From assembly GCF_009834535.1 (NCBI RefSeq), contig NC_045696.1, positions 55,616,001-55,680,000 on the forward strand: DNA of 64,000 nt, read 5' to 3'. This stretch comes from Camelus ferus (taxonomy: Eukaryota). Made by a program: the position numbers and the translations under genes. Under the pieces are notes generated by a model, which made no database searches, had not been told where the DNA came from, and worked only from the letters and a program-made list of their open reading frames with translations. The first letter of the stretch is position 1; every line of letters starts with the position of its first letter. This document shows, in pieces, positions 51,482-64,000 of the stretch.

Positions 51482-52751
51482 AACCCACATCTCAAACATT
51501 AACGATTACTAGGATGCCCCCTTCTGAGCATTTTAATGATTCAAGTCAAATTTCTGTAAGGCCGGAATATGATATACAGTTTAAGGAGTATGCAAATTAA
51601 CTTTGTGGTGATGTTCTTACAAATAATAGCTAGGGATAGAGACTAAGCTTATTGCTTTACAGTTTCTAGAATCTTCTGTGACTTACTTTCCATGCAAAAT
51701 ATAGTATTAATGCAGATGAATTAAATTCCCTTACAAGATTATCTGATTTCATCTTTAGGCTTCAGAATGAGCTAATTATGGGACTAAAGCAAGTGACAAG
51801 GCCAGGATTTTACCCCAAGTAGCTTAACTCCAGAAACTATTCTCCATTTACCAGGATGCATCTCCACCTCTCACTAGGGTAAGAGCATAGGCAAGGAGGA
51901 ATGCTGGTTCTCCTCTCTCTCTGTCCCTCTCTTGACCCCTACATCACTGCCAGGCTTAGTGAACACCACCATGCTCCAGGGTCTTAATGACTGCCCACTG
52001 GACTAGCACAAGCTAGCTGTGCCTTCGATCTCTCCCATACCCAGCCATGCTGACTTGCTTTCCACTCCCTGATCAGGTCCTGGTCTCACACACACATTTG
52101 TGTCTCTAGAAATACAGACCTCACTGTCCTGAAAATCTTCTCCCCTATTATCTGCAGAAGCAATAGTCACTCTTCAAGATTCCACTAGAGTCACCTCCTC
52201 TAAGATGCCCCTCTCTGACTTAGCCAGGCTATTGGGCACTCCGACTTCAGGGCTCCTATCATGACATTTGTCTCCTTATACTGCAATTACCAGTGTGCCT
52301 GGCTCTCTTGCCACTAAAGTGAGGGTGTGGATGGAGTCTTATCAACTCTGCGTCCTTGGCACAGAGCCAGAGCCAGAGTGGCCCCCTCAGGCAGGCTGCT
52401 GTGCCATCACAGTGGTCCCACTGAGCTTCCTTTCTCTGGTAGCCCAACAATATGTTTCAAAACTTTAAAGTATGTGGGAGGAAGTCTCCCCAGTCTCCCT
52501 CACCCCACCCATCAATCAGATGAATCCCTGTCTACTTTTGTCACTATTCTCCTTGACTGCCACTGGAGCTCCTGGCTGAAATGAGCATGTGCTGTATAAA
52601 ATTTACTTAGTGTTAGTGCCAGCTAAAGATACAGATATTTCCACCAAGAGACTTCAGAGTTTACTTAGATTCTTACCAATCTGATCGTTAGAGTAACAGA
52701 TAACAGATTCTGACAGTACTGGGGTGAGCTCTGCTTCTTTACTGTGTTGGC

Positions 52752-53217
52752 TGCGTTAGTTTCCTAGGGCTGCTGTAACAAAATACCACACACTGGGTGC
52801 CTTAAACAACAGAACTGTATTATCTCACAGTCCTGGAGGCTAGAAGTCAAGATCAACGTGTTGGCAGGGTTGGTTTCTTCTCAGGGCTGTGAGGAAGAAT
52901 CTGTTCCAGGCCTCTCTCCTGGCTTCTGGTGGTTTCCTGCCAACACTTGGCATTCCTTGGCATGTAGAAGCATCACTCCAGTCTCTGCCTTTCTCTTCAC
53001 ATGGCATTCTCCCTCTGTGCATGGCTGTGTTCAAATTTCCCCCTTTTCTAAGGACACCTTTCATAGTGCATGAGGGACCCATTCTACTCCAGTTTGATTA
53101 CACCTTAACTCATTACATCACAACCACCCTCTTTCTGAAGGAAGGTCACATTCTGAGGTACTGGAGGTTAGAACTTCAACATAGGAGATTTGGGAGGACA
53201 CAGTTCAACTTGTAACA
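52752..53217 (-). mobile_element. MaLR LTR (MLT1-type)
   Basis: ttagtttcctagggctgctgtaacaaa...aaggtcacattctgaggtactgg motifs. Confidence 0.85.
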
Positions 53218-55908
53218 TTTGCCATATTTTCTAAAGCAAAAATAGGTACACATCCTTTGGCATATAGTTGACAGTGGGGCAGAATGTTTGTAATCAGGAC
53301 TGTCTGGGAAACATAGGGGTTTAGGGAGGATATTTTAAAAGCAAATCCAGGCATATGCATGTTAATCTGAAAGGTTTTGAAACAACTTGAAGGAAATATT
53401 CAATTGAAGTTCTTCTAAATGTCTAGAATTAGAGCAGAAACCCGCAGCTGCTTTAAATAATCAGGTCCCATGAAATCAAATTAATGCAAGATAAATAGAT
53501 GATAGAGATTCACACACATCTTAACTTTGAAAAAGTGCACAATGAATGAGATTTGTATGCCTTTGACTAGGTTCTTTTAGGGCTAGCATGGAGAATTAAA
53601 TACCTGTGTAGTGAGGATTGAAAAAAGCACAACGTTCCCTGAAATAGATGTGAGATATTTCAAGTGTAATTTTTATTATAAACTGGTACCATTTCCTCAC
53701 CACCACCAACCCCCACAACCTTGGAAACATACATCCAAGAGGTATAATGAAAAGCAAGGGAATATATTGTCCAGGTTACAAATGTTTACAATTTTAGGGA
53801 TACAATTATATATTGAGGGTAACTTCCATCTGTAACCTATTGTAATTCCTGTCCTCAAAGTAATTTCTGCATATTATGCTCTCAGAACAGGAGTGAAAAA
53901 CACATCTGGGGACACCAGAGATGTAAGAAAATTGTGAGCCACAATCAGAGCTGCTTCCCAAATCACCCACAAGAGACAGTATATCTTCAGTGTTAGGATG
54001 CTATTTAACAAGAGACAAGCTTACACTTTCTGAAAATATTTCCAGGTTCTAAACACTTAAGTGTAAAGTAAATCATCCCAAACCACATTGGAACTGGGAA
54101 AGATATAAATAAATAAATAAATGCAAATAAAGTCTTATAAATGTGTTTTATATGAAACAAGAGACCAGGATGGGGAAATGGGGAAAATTCCCCAAGAAAC
54201 TGCATAATGATAGAGGAAACAGAAGTACTGCTCAGTGAGAAGATAATAAAAATCACTCTCCTTTATGTATGGAGCACTAGCCTAGATACAGGCCAAGTGC
54301 TAGGCTATTTCCTTATCTTATTTAGTCCTCATAACATCCTTCAAGGTAGTTACTATCACCTTGATTTAACAGATGCAGGAACTGAGGCTCAGAGAGGTTA
54401 AGTAATTCGTCCAACCAAGGCTATGGAGCAAGTAAGAGGTAGAAGCAGGCATGGAAGCCAGGTCAGCCCCCGCCCACAGCCCATGCACCCAGAGCTGGTG
54501 AGGGGCCTGTGGGGGATCCAAAGCTCCTATCCAGTGCCTCTAGAACATCCCCGTCCAGAGAGGCCTGAGTAGGATCACCAGGCACATTGAGAAAGGCTGG
54601 ACTGGACCCGGTGGGGAGTGCAGAGGCAGATTACAGGGCATCCCGTGGAAGCTGAACAACAACTGTGTATCGGGAAAACAATTTTGTTCAAGAGGGCTAT
54701 TTATAGGGATGTTTTTCCTCAGTACTCCCTTCCCCCATCTCCTCCCTTTTGTGTTAAAAGGCTCCTGGCAGATTGGTAAAGGGTTACAGGCAATGCACAG
54801 GAAACTCTGGAACACAATGAACGGGGCGGAGACAGATCCCCACCCACCTAAGAAAATCACTTGCTTCAGTATTCAGAGACCCTGGGGGAGACAGATGAAG
54901 GTCTGAACCGGGTCTCTGCTCCTTTTATTTGCTCTCTCTGAGCCAGAAAGAAGGCAATGTTCCCAAAGTGATGCAGAAGCAGAGGCAGAAAAGGAGGCAA
55001 CAAACACCAAACAAACAAAATGCCAAGATAAATGAGATCAGTCAGATGGCCAAGCCTTCCCCTTTCCTGAGGACTCCCGAATTCTCTGAGGAACCCAGGT
55101 TTTTCTTCCCAAAGTCTCTGTTCGGCTGAGGAGCTCCCAAGATACAGAGAAAGAAGTGAAAGAAGTGACCCCCAAAACCAGCTGCTCAGTGGGACCCCAG
55201 AACCTACTGCTAGGCCCTGGGGACAGAGGGCCTGTCTCCGGGGGCTGCCCTTCCAGCAGCAGCTCCATCCCCCTACCCTGACATCTTTCCCTCTGGGTCA
55301 CCAGACAGACACCTCCATTGAAATGGATCCAAATTCAGACTCAGAAACTAAGGCCAGACCCTGCACAGATTCAGATGTCGGTATAATAGTGATTCAGCCC
55401 AGAGCACTGGACTCTCTCTCTGGCCTTGTGAAGTGTCTTCTCTGCATGTGACTCTGGGAAGGAAGTTTCCCGCTGCTGTTTGGCAACGTCCAGTGCCCAT
55501 GTGGAGTGGGATAAAGGGGTCTTGTTCATCGTTTCTGAGCACCGAAGATTCATTTAGTGCTACATTGTGCATTATAGGTTACATGTGACTATGATTCTTA
55601 AAATACTCTACAGAACATAAACGATCCCCAAATTTGTTGTTTTTAAACAACATACAGTGCAAAGAAATGAGAATGTAACTAAAAATATTGGAGGGGGAAA
55701 CTTATTTCTCAAATAATTTCAAATACCAGGTGCACATGTCTCATCTAATCTCTAGTCATAACCCCTCAACTTTTACCTACTTCTTCAGTTTACACTATCA
55801 AAAGACATTTCCTCCTGAGAGCTCTGGCTATGGCCCTTGACAAGTATGTTTTATCTTTCTCCAAAAAATAGTGTTTATCCTTAGCAGCCCCCAATCTTAT
55901 AAACTTGG

Positions 55909-56293
55909 TGTCAGCCGAGGGGGGCTGAAGAGGGATTCAAGGAGGTGAGCTGCCCAACTGGAAAAATGTGCGAGGAGTCGACATGCTGCAAAACAGACTG
56001 CGTGAGGACTCGACATAGAGTGAAACAGCACTTTATTCTAGTACAACAAGATGGCACTTGCCTGCATGGCGCACTTGTCCTGCTTTTATCTATTCTGCCC
56101 GCACATGCGCACTAGTCATTTCTTTGTTCATACTGCTTACATAATGCTACTAGCGCATGTGTACCTTTACTTCTTTGTTCATAAGGCTTACATAACTGGC
56201 GCATGCATACATTTACTTCTTACTTCATACACAGGCGAGTTATTGTGACCTCTGACCTGGGTCCCAAGGCCTACTTACTGAAGGCTGCCAACA
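55909..56293 (-). mobile_element. Short CpG-retaining solo LTR
   Basis: TGT...ACA ends with inverted termini tgtcagcc / ggctgccaaca; minus-strand AATAAA at about 56032-56037; internal tandem repeats; TSD unclear. Confidence 0.7.
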
Positions 56294-57304
56294 GGTGGAG
56301 TCATCTTGGACTCTATGCCCTCCTACATCTAGTCTTTTAAATAAAAGTCTGAGGTTCTGAATTAGGAGATAGGGGCACTGATCAATGCAATTTTATTTTA
56401 AAAGTTACTGAGATTTCCTTTTTTGTAACCAAGTCTTTTTCTCATTATTCCCTCACATTCCACTCTTTCTACTCCAAAATGCCTAGTTGACAGTGAGGCA
56501 ACTGAATCACATTCTCAGCTAGGGAAGTGAGCCTGTAAAGCTGTCTTTCCTAATGCTTTTTCATTTATATATATAGTAATATATTATATGTTAATTAATT
56601 ATTATGAGGTATTATTATTATAAAAAATATATACATTTTTGCCCTGAGAAATACAATTTTGCAACTCTAGGAACTGAAAGGGAGCTAAAATACACAATGC
56701 TTTGGAGATAAAGACAGAAAAAGAGAGAGAATAACTTTTATAATAATAACCATATCTGTCTTTCAAACTTTAAGCTGGGAGTGGGACCATTTAAAACCTT
56801 CCTTCTTCTCTGTTCTTATCCCTGCACCTGCTTGCTCTTCGAAGCCCATTTAGAAGCAAAATTGGCTTTCCTGGTTGCAGTGGTGGTGGAGCAGTGGGAG
56901 GCCAGCTGCCGTGTTTCAGAATGTATTGCCTGGTTACAGGCTAAAGGTTATCCCTGCTTCTAGGATGGGGCAATTGATTCTGGTTCTCATTCCTTCTCTC
57001 CTATGAAGCTGACCGCTCCTCCACTCTGCTCTGATTAAAGATTGATAATGTAGACCTCCCTCAACCCCACTAAGGATGCTAATCCAATCTAATTTGGATA
57101 CTTAGAAGCAAAAACTTGCATTATAACCTAAATTTGGGAACTCCCAGCACAGGGAAATGCAATAATGGAGTTTGGGATACATAACTTTCTAGAAGCCTTT
57201 TTGCTCTGACCAGCCTCATTGCCTACTGGCTTCAGACCCTCAGGGCACTGGTGGCTGGGCTCAGAGTGGGCACAAGACATCTCTCATGGAAGAACCTCAC
57301 ACAG

Positions 57305-57705
57305 TGTATCAGTCTACTAGGGCTGCCATAGCAAGATACCATAAAGTAGGTGGCTTAAACAATGGAAATTTATTTTTTCACAGTTCTGGAGGTTGGAAGT
57401 TCAAGATTAAGGTGTCAGCAGGTTTGATTTTCCAAAGGCCTCTCTCCATGCCTGGTGGATGGCTGCCTTCTCCCTGTGTCCTCACCTGGTATTTTCTCTG
57501 TGGTACACATCCCTGGTGTCTCTGTGTGTCCTAATCTCTTCTCACAAGGACACCAATCACACTGGATTAGGGCCAACTCGAATAGTTTCATTTTAACTTA
57601 ATTACATCTTTAAAGGCCTTATCTCCAAGTACAGTCAAATTCTGAGGTATTGGGGGTTAGGGCTTCACCATATGAACATCAGGGGGGGCACAATTCAGCC
57701 CATCA
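57305..57705 (-). mobile_element. MaLR LTR (MLT1A-type)
   Basis: agggctgccatagcaa...cacagttctggaggttggaagttcaagattaaggtg...cacaattcagcccat motifs. Confidence 0.85.
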
Positions 57706-59066
57706 CACTCAACTAATCAGTGACAACACTCACATCTTTAAACTGGGAAGGGGGAGAGGAATGGGGGAGAGAAAATGTACCCAACAGGAGGAGGAGCTAA
57801 CACTCGTATCCAGAACAAAGAATTCAGAACATATTCATCACAGTCCAAGGATAAGGAATCATGTAAGAGTATTTAATTCGTTGGGCATGAGAAGAGGAGG
57901 GAGAACTCTAAAACTGCTGATTTCTAACTCTAGTTTGATGGGCAAACTAGTAAAAGAAAAGGCTAATTCACAGGTGACATTAAATCTCCCAGTACTCACT
58001 GAGAGTGAGTGTAAATAAAATAAGTTTTTACAGCAGAGAAGATTGCTACCAGCCTTGGTGAGTGAAGGAAGCAGATGGCACCCTTTGACAGTCATCAGTC
58101 TTAAACAATTGCAGGTAAGATACATCCTAGGCCAGGACAGAATTCTTCTGTGGGAGCTCCATGTGAGCGAAGTGCTTTTTACATCGTGATAATCTCCTAA
58201 GGCATAATTTATACTGTCACCAAATAGTTTATTAGTCATCCTGTTAACATTCCTACACTGTCTCCATGTAACCTCCTTCCTGGGAAATCCTCAGCCCAAG
58301 GGAAAAGTCCATTGAGACCCAAATCTGACTTCCTTCCGCAGGCTCAGAAAAAGGTACACATCTTAGAGTAAGCGAGGAGAAAAAGAAAAATGGCAAGAAG
58401 GGAGGAGAAAGAAAAATAGAGAGTGTCCCCAAAAATGGCTAGATTTGAGTTTGGCACCTAACACGGGGCTTCCTCAGCAATGAGAGGGGGTAGGGAGCAA
58501 ATGGGAGAGGACAGCTTTCCTGCTCCCTGGGTCAGGCCGCCACCATACAGCTTTGCAGCTTCATTATCCAGCTTGATAAACTGAGAGTTCTTCCCAACAT
58601 AAGGTGTAGATAATTGAGAGCTATCAAGTAGAGACAAGGAGCTACCATGTCCCCATTTCAGACAGGGTTTGTTCAATCAGCCAGGCATAATGGACGCCTT
58701 GTCCAGTGTTCAGTATTACATTGACTCTGAACCTTAAATAGCTTGAACTCAGCTTATCATGAAGCAGGGGCAGAAGGGTCTCAGGCTGTCCTAGAATAAA
58801 AATTCTATGATTATGGAGTCCCTTTGGGAAATCCTCAGTAAAGCACAGAAGAGTCCTGGGGCTATGTCAGTTACCTGCTTTATGGTTCATCTAGGCAGCC
58901 TTGTACTGTGACAACCTACACCTGCTGGGTTTGATGATAATTGGGGCATCTGGTACATAGCTAATGTTATAATCTGAAGATTTTGAGAATTACTTGTAAA
59001 TTACTGTTTATTTAACCTGTGAACTTTATTGTGAGAAAGACTATATCCTGATGAAAAATTTATATA

Positions 59067-59190
59067 GGGGGAGGGTATAGCTCAGGGGTAGAGTGTGTGC
59101 TTACCATGCACGAGGTCCTGGGTTCAATCCCCAGTACCTCCATTAAAATAAATAAACCCAATAACCCCCCCCCAAAAAAAAAAATTTAAT
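59067..59190 (+). mobile_element. tRNA-derived camelid SINE
   Basis: gggggagggtatagctcagggg...gggttcaatccccagtacctcc followed by A-rich and C-run tail. Confidence 0.85.
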
Positions 59191-60939
59191 TAATGCAATT
59201 AAAAATAAATATTTGAATACTGTCTGTTGATTCGCTAATATTGTATCAATATACATTTCCTTACTTTGATAATTGCACAGTGGTTATATAAGATATTAAT
59301 ATTTGGGAAAGCTGGATGAAGGGTAAATTCTTTGATTTTTTTTTGCAAATTTTTATAAGCTTACATTACTTCAACACAAAAATTTTAAAGAATGTTTTTA
59401 AAGCTTTAGAAAGGTAATTCACAGGGCTTGACAATTTATCCATAATTTGTGCCTGGGGGCCTGGGTCTAGGAAAAGAACAACCTTTCAGCCTCTCTGCTG
59501 CCAAAATGATGAAATCCACTGTAGGTCAGATGAAATAATGAACATGAAAGTCTTTGCTACAGTAAACTCCTAAACAAATGTTAACAGTAATAATTATAGT
59601 CTTATGTGGAGATGCTTCTCTATAAATAAAGGAACAAGCCATTATACTAAAAAGTGCTATCAAATATTCTCCAAGTAGCTTATAAGATGCTTAGAAATTG
59701 CTATCCTGGCATTAGAAAACAGGTAATCATTGATGGATTTTGAGCAAAGCAGGCAAATAACAATAGCAATACTTCAGGAAGATTCAACAAGTCCTTTAGT
59801 GCATAGGATGAAGTAGGAAGAGCCAGGACCCAGCAAACCCCACTAGGAGTGATTCTAATAACTTAGGAGTGAATGGTCCTCACTGAATGGACCTGGAAGG
59901 AAGAAGCCCAGAGGACAGGCATTTTGAAGGACTCATCGGTCTGGGCGGGATTAGGCTGGAAGTGTGGGTGGAAAGAGAGAAATGAGTCAGTGGTTACTTG
60001 AAGACGTCTCGCCAAGATGACTGGGGCAATGCTGGTGTCATGGAGAGACAGATGGAAAATAGAAGGAAGGAGAGACCATACACAGAGCTTGGGCTGCAAA
60101 CTCCAGTGGATCCAGAGGCCAGGCAGGAGCAAAGGGGGGATAAGAGGCAGTGGGGGCTGCGAACTGGAGGACTCATCTCTCTTAAGAGGGTGGAGCCTCC
60201 ATGGGGGGCTGCTACAACTTGGCATCAGCAGTGCTTGCCATGTGGGAATGTAACTTTGGTATTACCAGATCATCCATTTTGCAAGAGAAGCCAGAAATCT
60301 AGATCTCTTATGTGATAAATGTTAACTCTTTAATGTTGGCAATTAATTTAAAAAATTTTTCAAGCATGGCATGTGCTAAACCAAACACATCTGTGGTCCA
60401 GATTTGGCAGGCAGGCTCTCAATTGTGAGCTCTGACAAAGAGAGTAGGTCAAGGGTCAAAGTTCATAAACTGTCTTGGTGATACATAGAAAAATGAAAGA
60501 CTGTATCTAAAATACTGTACCTAAAGCTTTTCCCAGCATTCTGAACTATGAACGTCCCTACCCTTCAAGCCTATATTTGGATTTGAATTTCTACAGGAAG
60601 TTTAATAATCCTCAAATGGTTAAATCACAAGAATCTGAGTGCTTACTGTGTGCTGAGTACACAAAAGTCAAGGAATTTCAAATCTAACTGGAGAAGATAA
60701 AACATGCCCTCCTGAAAACTTGATACATTACGAAACATCCTGGGAGACTGCTTTCTCCACACGGTGTTAGAATATTAGAGTCATCTTAAATCCTGGATTC
60801 CCCCACCCCCAAATAATTTCCATTTAGCAAACTTGCGTGTACTTTAACCAGAAGTCTGCTTTCATGAACACTGGTTACACAGCGGCTGCCTCCATCCCTC
60901 CCTCAGCTTGGGAGGGGAGTTAGCAGGGCTGGGGGTACC

Positions 60940-62165
60940 TGGACGCCGAGAGGAGGATGGGAGTGGCCGGCGGAAAACCGCTCCCAGTCTGGTTTCTCTG
61001 CTGAAATCCCTGTCTTTGTTTCTGTCCTTACTCTTTAAGTGTTGGTGTAGGAGAAGGCGGGCACCGAAATAGAAAGTGTCAAAGAGAGGGTGACAACGAA
61101 GATAAAAAAAGGCAGGACATTTTTTTCAGTCCACCTAGCCCCCTCCGTCCAGAAAGCCAGCGCGCCTCCTCCCGCCGTCTTCAAAGAGCCGTCGGTGGGG
61201 CAGGAAGCAGGCGGCTCGGGCGGCGGGTGCTCATAGGAGAGCGGCGATTTCCTCCCGAGCTGCCCAGTTATCTCTAGAGTCGCAGACCAGCTCCCCGAAG
61301 AGCGCGTTCTCTCCCCCACCCCGTACTCCTCAACCCACCCACCTACTTCCTCCAGCTCCATACACACACGAGCTCAGAGCTGCCAAAAATTTCCACCCTC
61401 CGCCCCCCTCCCTAGCTAACTTCCTTCCAGCATTTCCTGAGCTGGATGATCCTAGGATTTGTAAGACAGGAAAAAAAGGAAGGCGTGAGGGCGGGCGAGA
61501 GAGACAGGATGCTTGTTTTTCGTTCCACCGAAGCCGTCTGAAGGCAAGACCGCGCGCGGGGCAGAGGACCCACGGCAGCCCCCCCGTCTGTCTCCGCGCC
61601 CCTCGCCGCCGCCGCCGGCTTCCCCGCGCCCTCCGCCACTCCCGGGCTTCCAGAAGGCGGACCGGAGAGCTCGCCCTCTCTCCGAAGCGGAGGGAAAGAC
61701 CCGAAGACACCGCGGGAGCCTGTGAAAGTCCCTGGGACTCCAAGTGAGGAAGTGACACTCCCAGCGAGCCGGCCCGCGGCTGCCAGCTCCGCACGGCCTG
61801 CGGCACCGCGGCCCTGGAGGAGCGCGCCGTGGATTTCAGGCTCCCCGCCCGCGCCGGGCTCTGCGCCCCGCGGGGTCCATGCGCGCCGCCCCGGGCCCAG
61901 GCTCTTCCGGACGCCCATGCGGCCCCCCAGCGCCGCGCCGCAGCCGCTGATCTAAGTCCCCCGGAGACCATCGTAGGCGCGGTGCCAAGCAGAGGGGAGG
62001 GAGAGACGGAGGGGCAACCTCTTCGGGACTAACTCATGAAGAACAAGGGTGCCAAGCAGAAGCTGAAACGAAAGGGAGCCGCCAGCGCCTTTGGCTGTGA
62101 CCTGACGGAATATCTGGAAAGCTCAGGACAGGATGGTAAAGTGCCTTCGCCTCCCCCACCCCCGT
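60940..62165. promoter_or_regulatory. ARHGAP31: CpG island / ARHGAP31 promoter and GC-rich 5'UTR
   Basis: High CpG density and GC boxes directly upstream of the ARHGAP31 ATG. Confidence 0.88.
62036..62135 (+). CDS. ARHGAP31: Rho GTPase-activating protein 31 (CdGAP), first coding exon (MKNKGAKQKLKRKGAASAFGCDLTEYLESSGQD)
   Basis: Recognisable polybasic N-terminus; in-frame TAA at 62030-62032 upstream of the ATG; 100 nt; donor G|gtaaag. The gene continues beyond the window. Confidence 0.95.
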
Positions 62166-64000
62166 CTTTTTGTTTTAGAGAGAGAGGGACTCTCCTAGGG
62201 TGTGCTATATTCAATTCACAAGTTAATGTAATCCAGGCCTGTGCGCCGTTGTACTTTTTTTTTTAAAGAACATACAAGATTCTTAAGGTGCATAGCGCTG
62301 CCACCCCGACGTGCAGAGGTTGTGTCAGTCCTTCCGTTTGTGTCACACAAGCCGTTAATGGGCGGTGCTGCTTCAAGTTTAACGGGCTGCCTCTGGGGGG
62401 TGGGGGTGGAGGCTCGAGAGGTACTGATCCAGAACTTCGGACATCGGAAGGGAAGGAGGAGGGCTGGACTTGTGGGATGGTGTTCAGTGGGCTTCTCTGG
62501 GTACATAATTATGACCGCCTTAGGTGTCCCTCCCGGGCTGTCCAATTTCATCCGCTCACATCTTTTTTTATTAATGTGCTGGAAGGCAGGGGGTGCGGTG
62601 GATCCTGGCCGGGGGAGTGGTTGCACAAACATTTTCTGAATTTCTGAACTGATGCCAAATATATAGTACCTCCCTCTCTCCCCTTCCCACCCCCTCAGAC
62701 CCTTTACCTCCTCTTGGCTTTCAAATTAGCATTTGGTGTGTCAGACCAGAAGAGTGTTGTAAAAAGGTCAGAGGGCCTTGATTTTAAAATAGTTTAGGAT
62801 AAGTAAAAGAACAGGAGAGCCTCTTGGTTTTCAAGGTCAGATTGGTGGGGCGGGGATCCTGAGGAGAAGAGACAATTTAAACATTTGTTGGGGGAGGGTG
62901 AAAGAAAATAGTCCAGAATACAATAACAGCATCTGAGGTTAGATGTTTTTACTCATAGGGATGTTGGGGAAATTGAGCATTAAATGACTCCTTTTGTAAG
63001 GTTGACTGGCCCTGCACTTACCCATGACAAAAAGGCCTTGTCTTCAGAAACTTCAGTGAGAGAGAAATAAGTCCACTATATGGGCCCTGTGTTTATACAT
63101 AGAGAGATGCAACAAAGGGGGGAAATGAAGGGCTGTTTAACTGTGCAGAATAATTCTGCCTCCAGGAAAGTTATCTCAAAAATGATTTGATTAGCTCATA
63201 TCAAATGTGCATCTCAAAAACAGAGCAATGCTTTTGTTTCTATTTCTTTTTTTTTTTTTTTAAAGACTTAGCACCACCTAGTAATTTGCAGTGGTGTGAT
63301 ATTCCTGCGGTAGTCTTGAGTTCAGTCTGCCGTGTCATTCGGACAAATAGCTTAGTATCTTACAGCTGGGGGACCACAGGTTTTGAAACTGCCTCTTTTG
63401 AAATTGGGACACAACTGAATCAATTCATTTAATCCTCTCCAACAATCTGGAAATGGAAATCTTGAAATAACATTGCTTGGATTGAGTTGTTTTGAGTGTG
63501 AGAGAACTCCAAATGTGCATCTTAACCACTACCCCCAGAAGTTCAGAATGAAATGTTGACCTCTGCCTGTTTTTGCAGAGGGCCTTCATGTTAAGTCCAG
63601 GTTCACTTAATGCTCGCAGATACCACGTTCCACCATGTGGGTGCTGCTCTGGGCTCTCACTCCAAAGCTGAGAGTTGCATCGAGCTGCTGCTCAGTCCTG
63701 CCCTATTCTTACCACGTCACAGATCATAGGATGAGCCAGGAATCGCAGGGTTCTATGAAGACACCTCAAAGGCAGCCTTAGACAGTTCCTCTTTCACCTG
63801 CTTTATATTTGAGGTTTTCACGTATGTTTCAGTTGGAATAAAAAGAAAAGGGGCTACTGCTTAAACAAACAAACAAAAAAATTGAAAACCAATTCCCAGT
63901 GCTCCCTGCCCTGGGAGGGAGGGTAGGGTTGGTGAGTGCACAGTGGTAAATTGACCTGCCTAAGGTCATACCATCAATCATGGAGGATGCAGAGGGCTCT

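Noticed and set aside
5221..59190. tRNA-like sequences at five positions
   Set aside because: They have A-rich tails, TSDs and degenerate cloverleaves, so they are SINEs rather than tRNA genes.
61330..61971. 213-aa and 168-aa minus-strand ORFs
   Set aside because: Same CpG-island artefact, antisense to the ARHGAP31 leader.

Overview
Mammalian genomic DNA, very probably camelid (alpaca/llama/camel), judged from vic-1-type tRNA-derived SINEs and camelid-like L1 3' ends. It covers the UPK1B-B4GALT4-ARHGAP31 syntenic block. Genes: the last two coding exons of UPK1B (+); a complete, intact B4GALT4 CDS (-, six coding exons, 253+233+188+123+105+133 = 1035 nt, 344 aa) with a CpG-island promoter near 40.3-41.0 kb; and the CpG island and first coding exon of ARHGAP31 (+). 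The rest is mostly transposon relics (L1, L2, MIR, MaLR/MLT, MER5/Charlie/Tigger, at least six solo LTRs, five SINEs). Most ORF-track entries are spurious. The most unusual signals cluster around the B4GALT4 promoter: (1) a perfect 174-bp inverted repeat in intron 1 copied from a solo LTR; (2) an upstream solo LTR pointing at B4GALT4, with 5 CCAAT boxes, 2 octamers, a TATA box and a strong downstream splice donor; (3) a predicted spliced 53-codon uORF ending in TAA TAA just before the main ATG; (4) a 79-bp non-tandem duplication straddling the promoter; (5) a polyadenylated retrocopy of an LTR R region. The sequence patterns are directly visible, but their functions are inference. No wholly new system is demonstrated.
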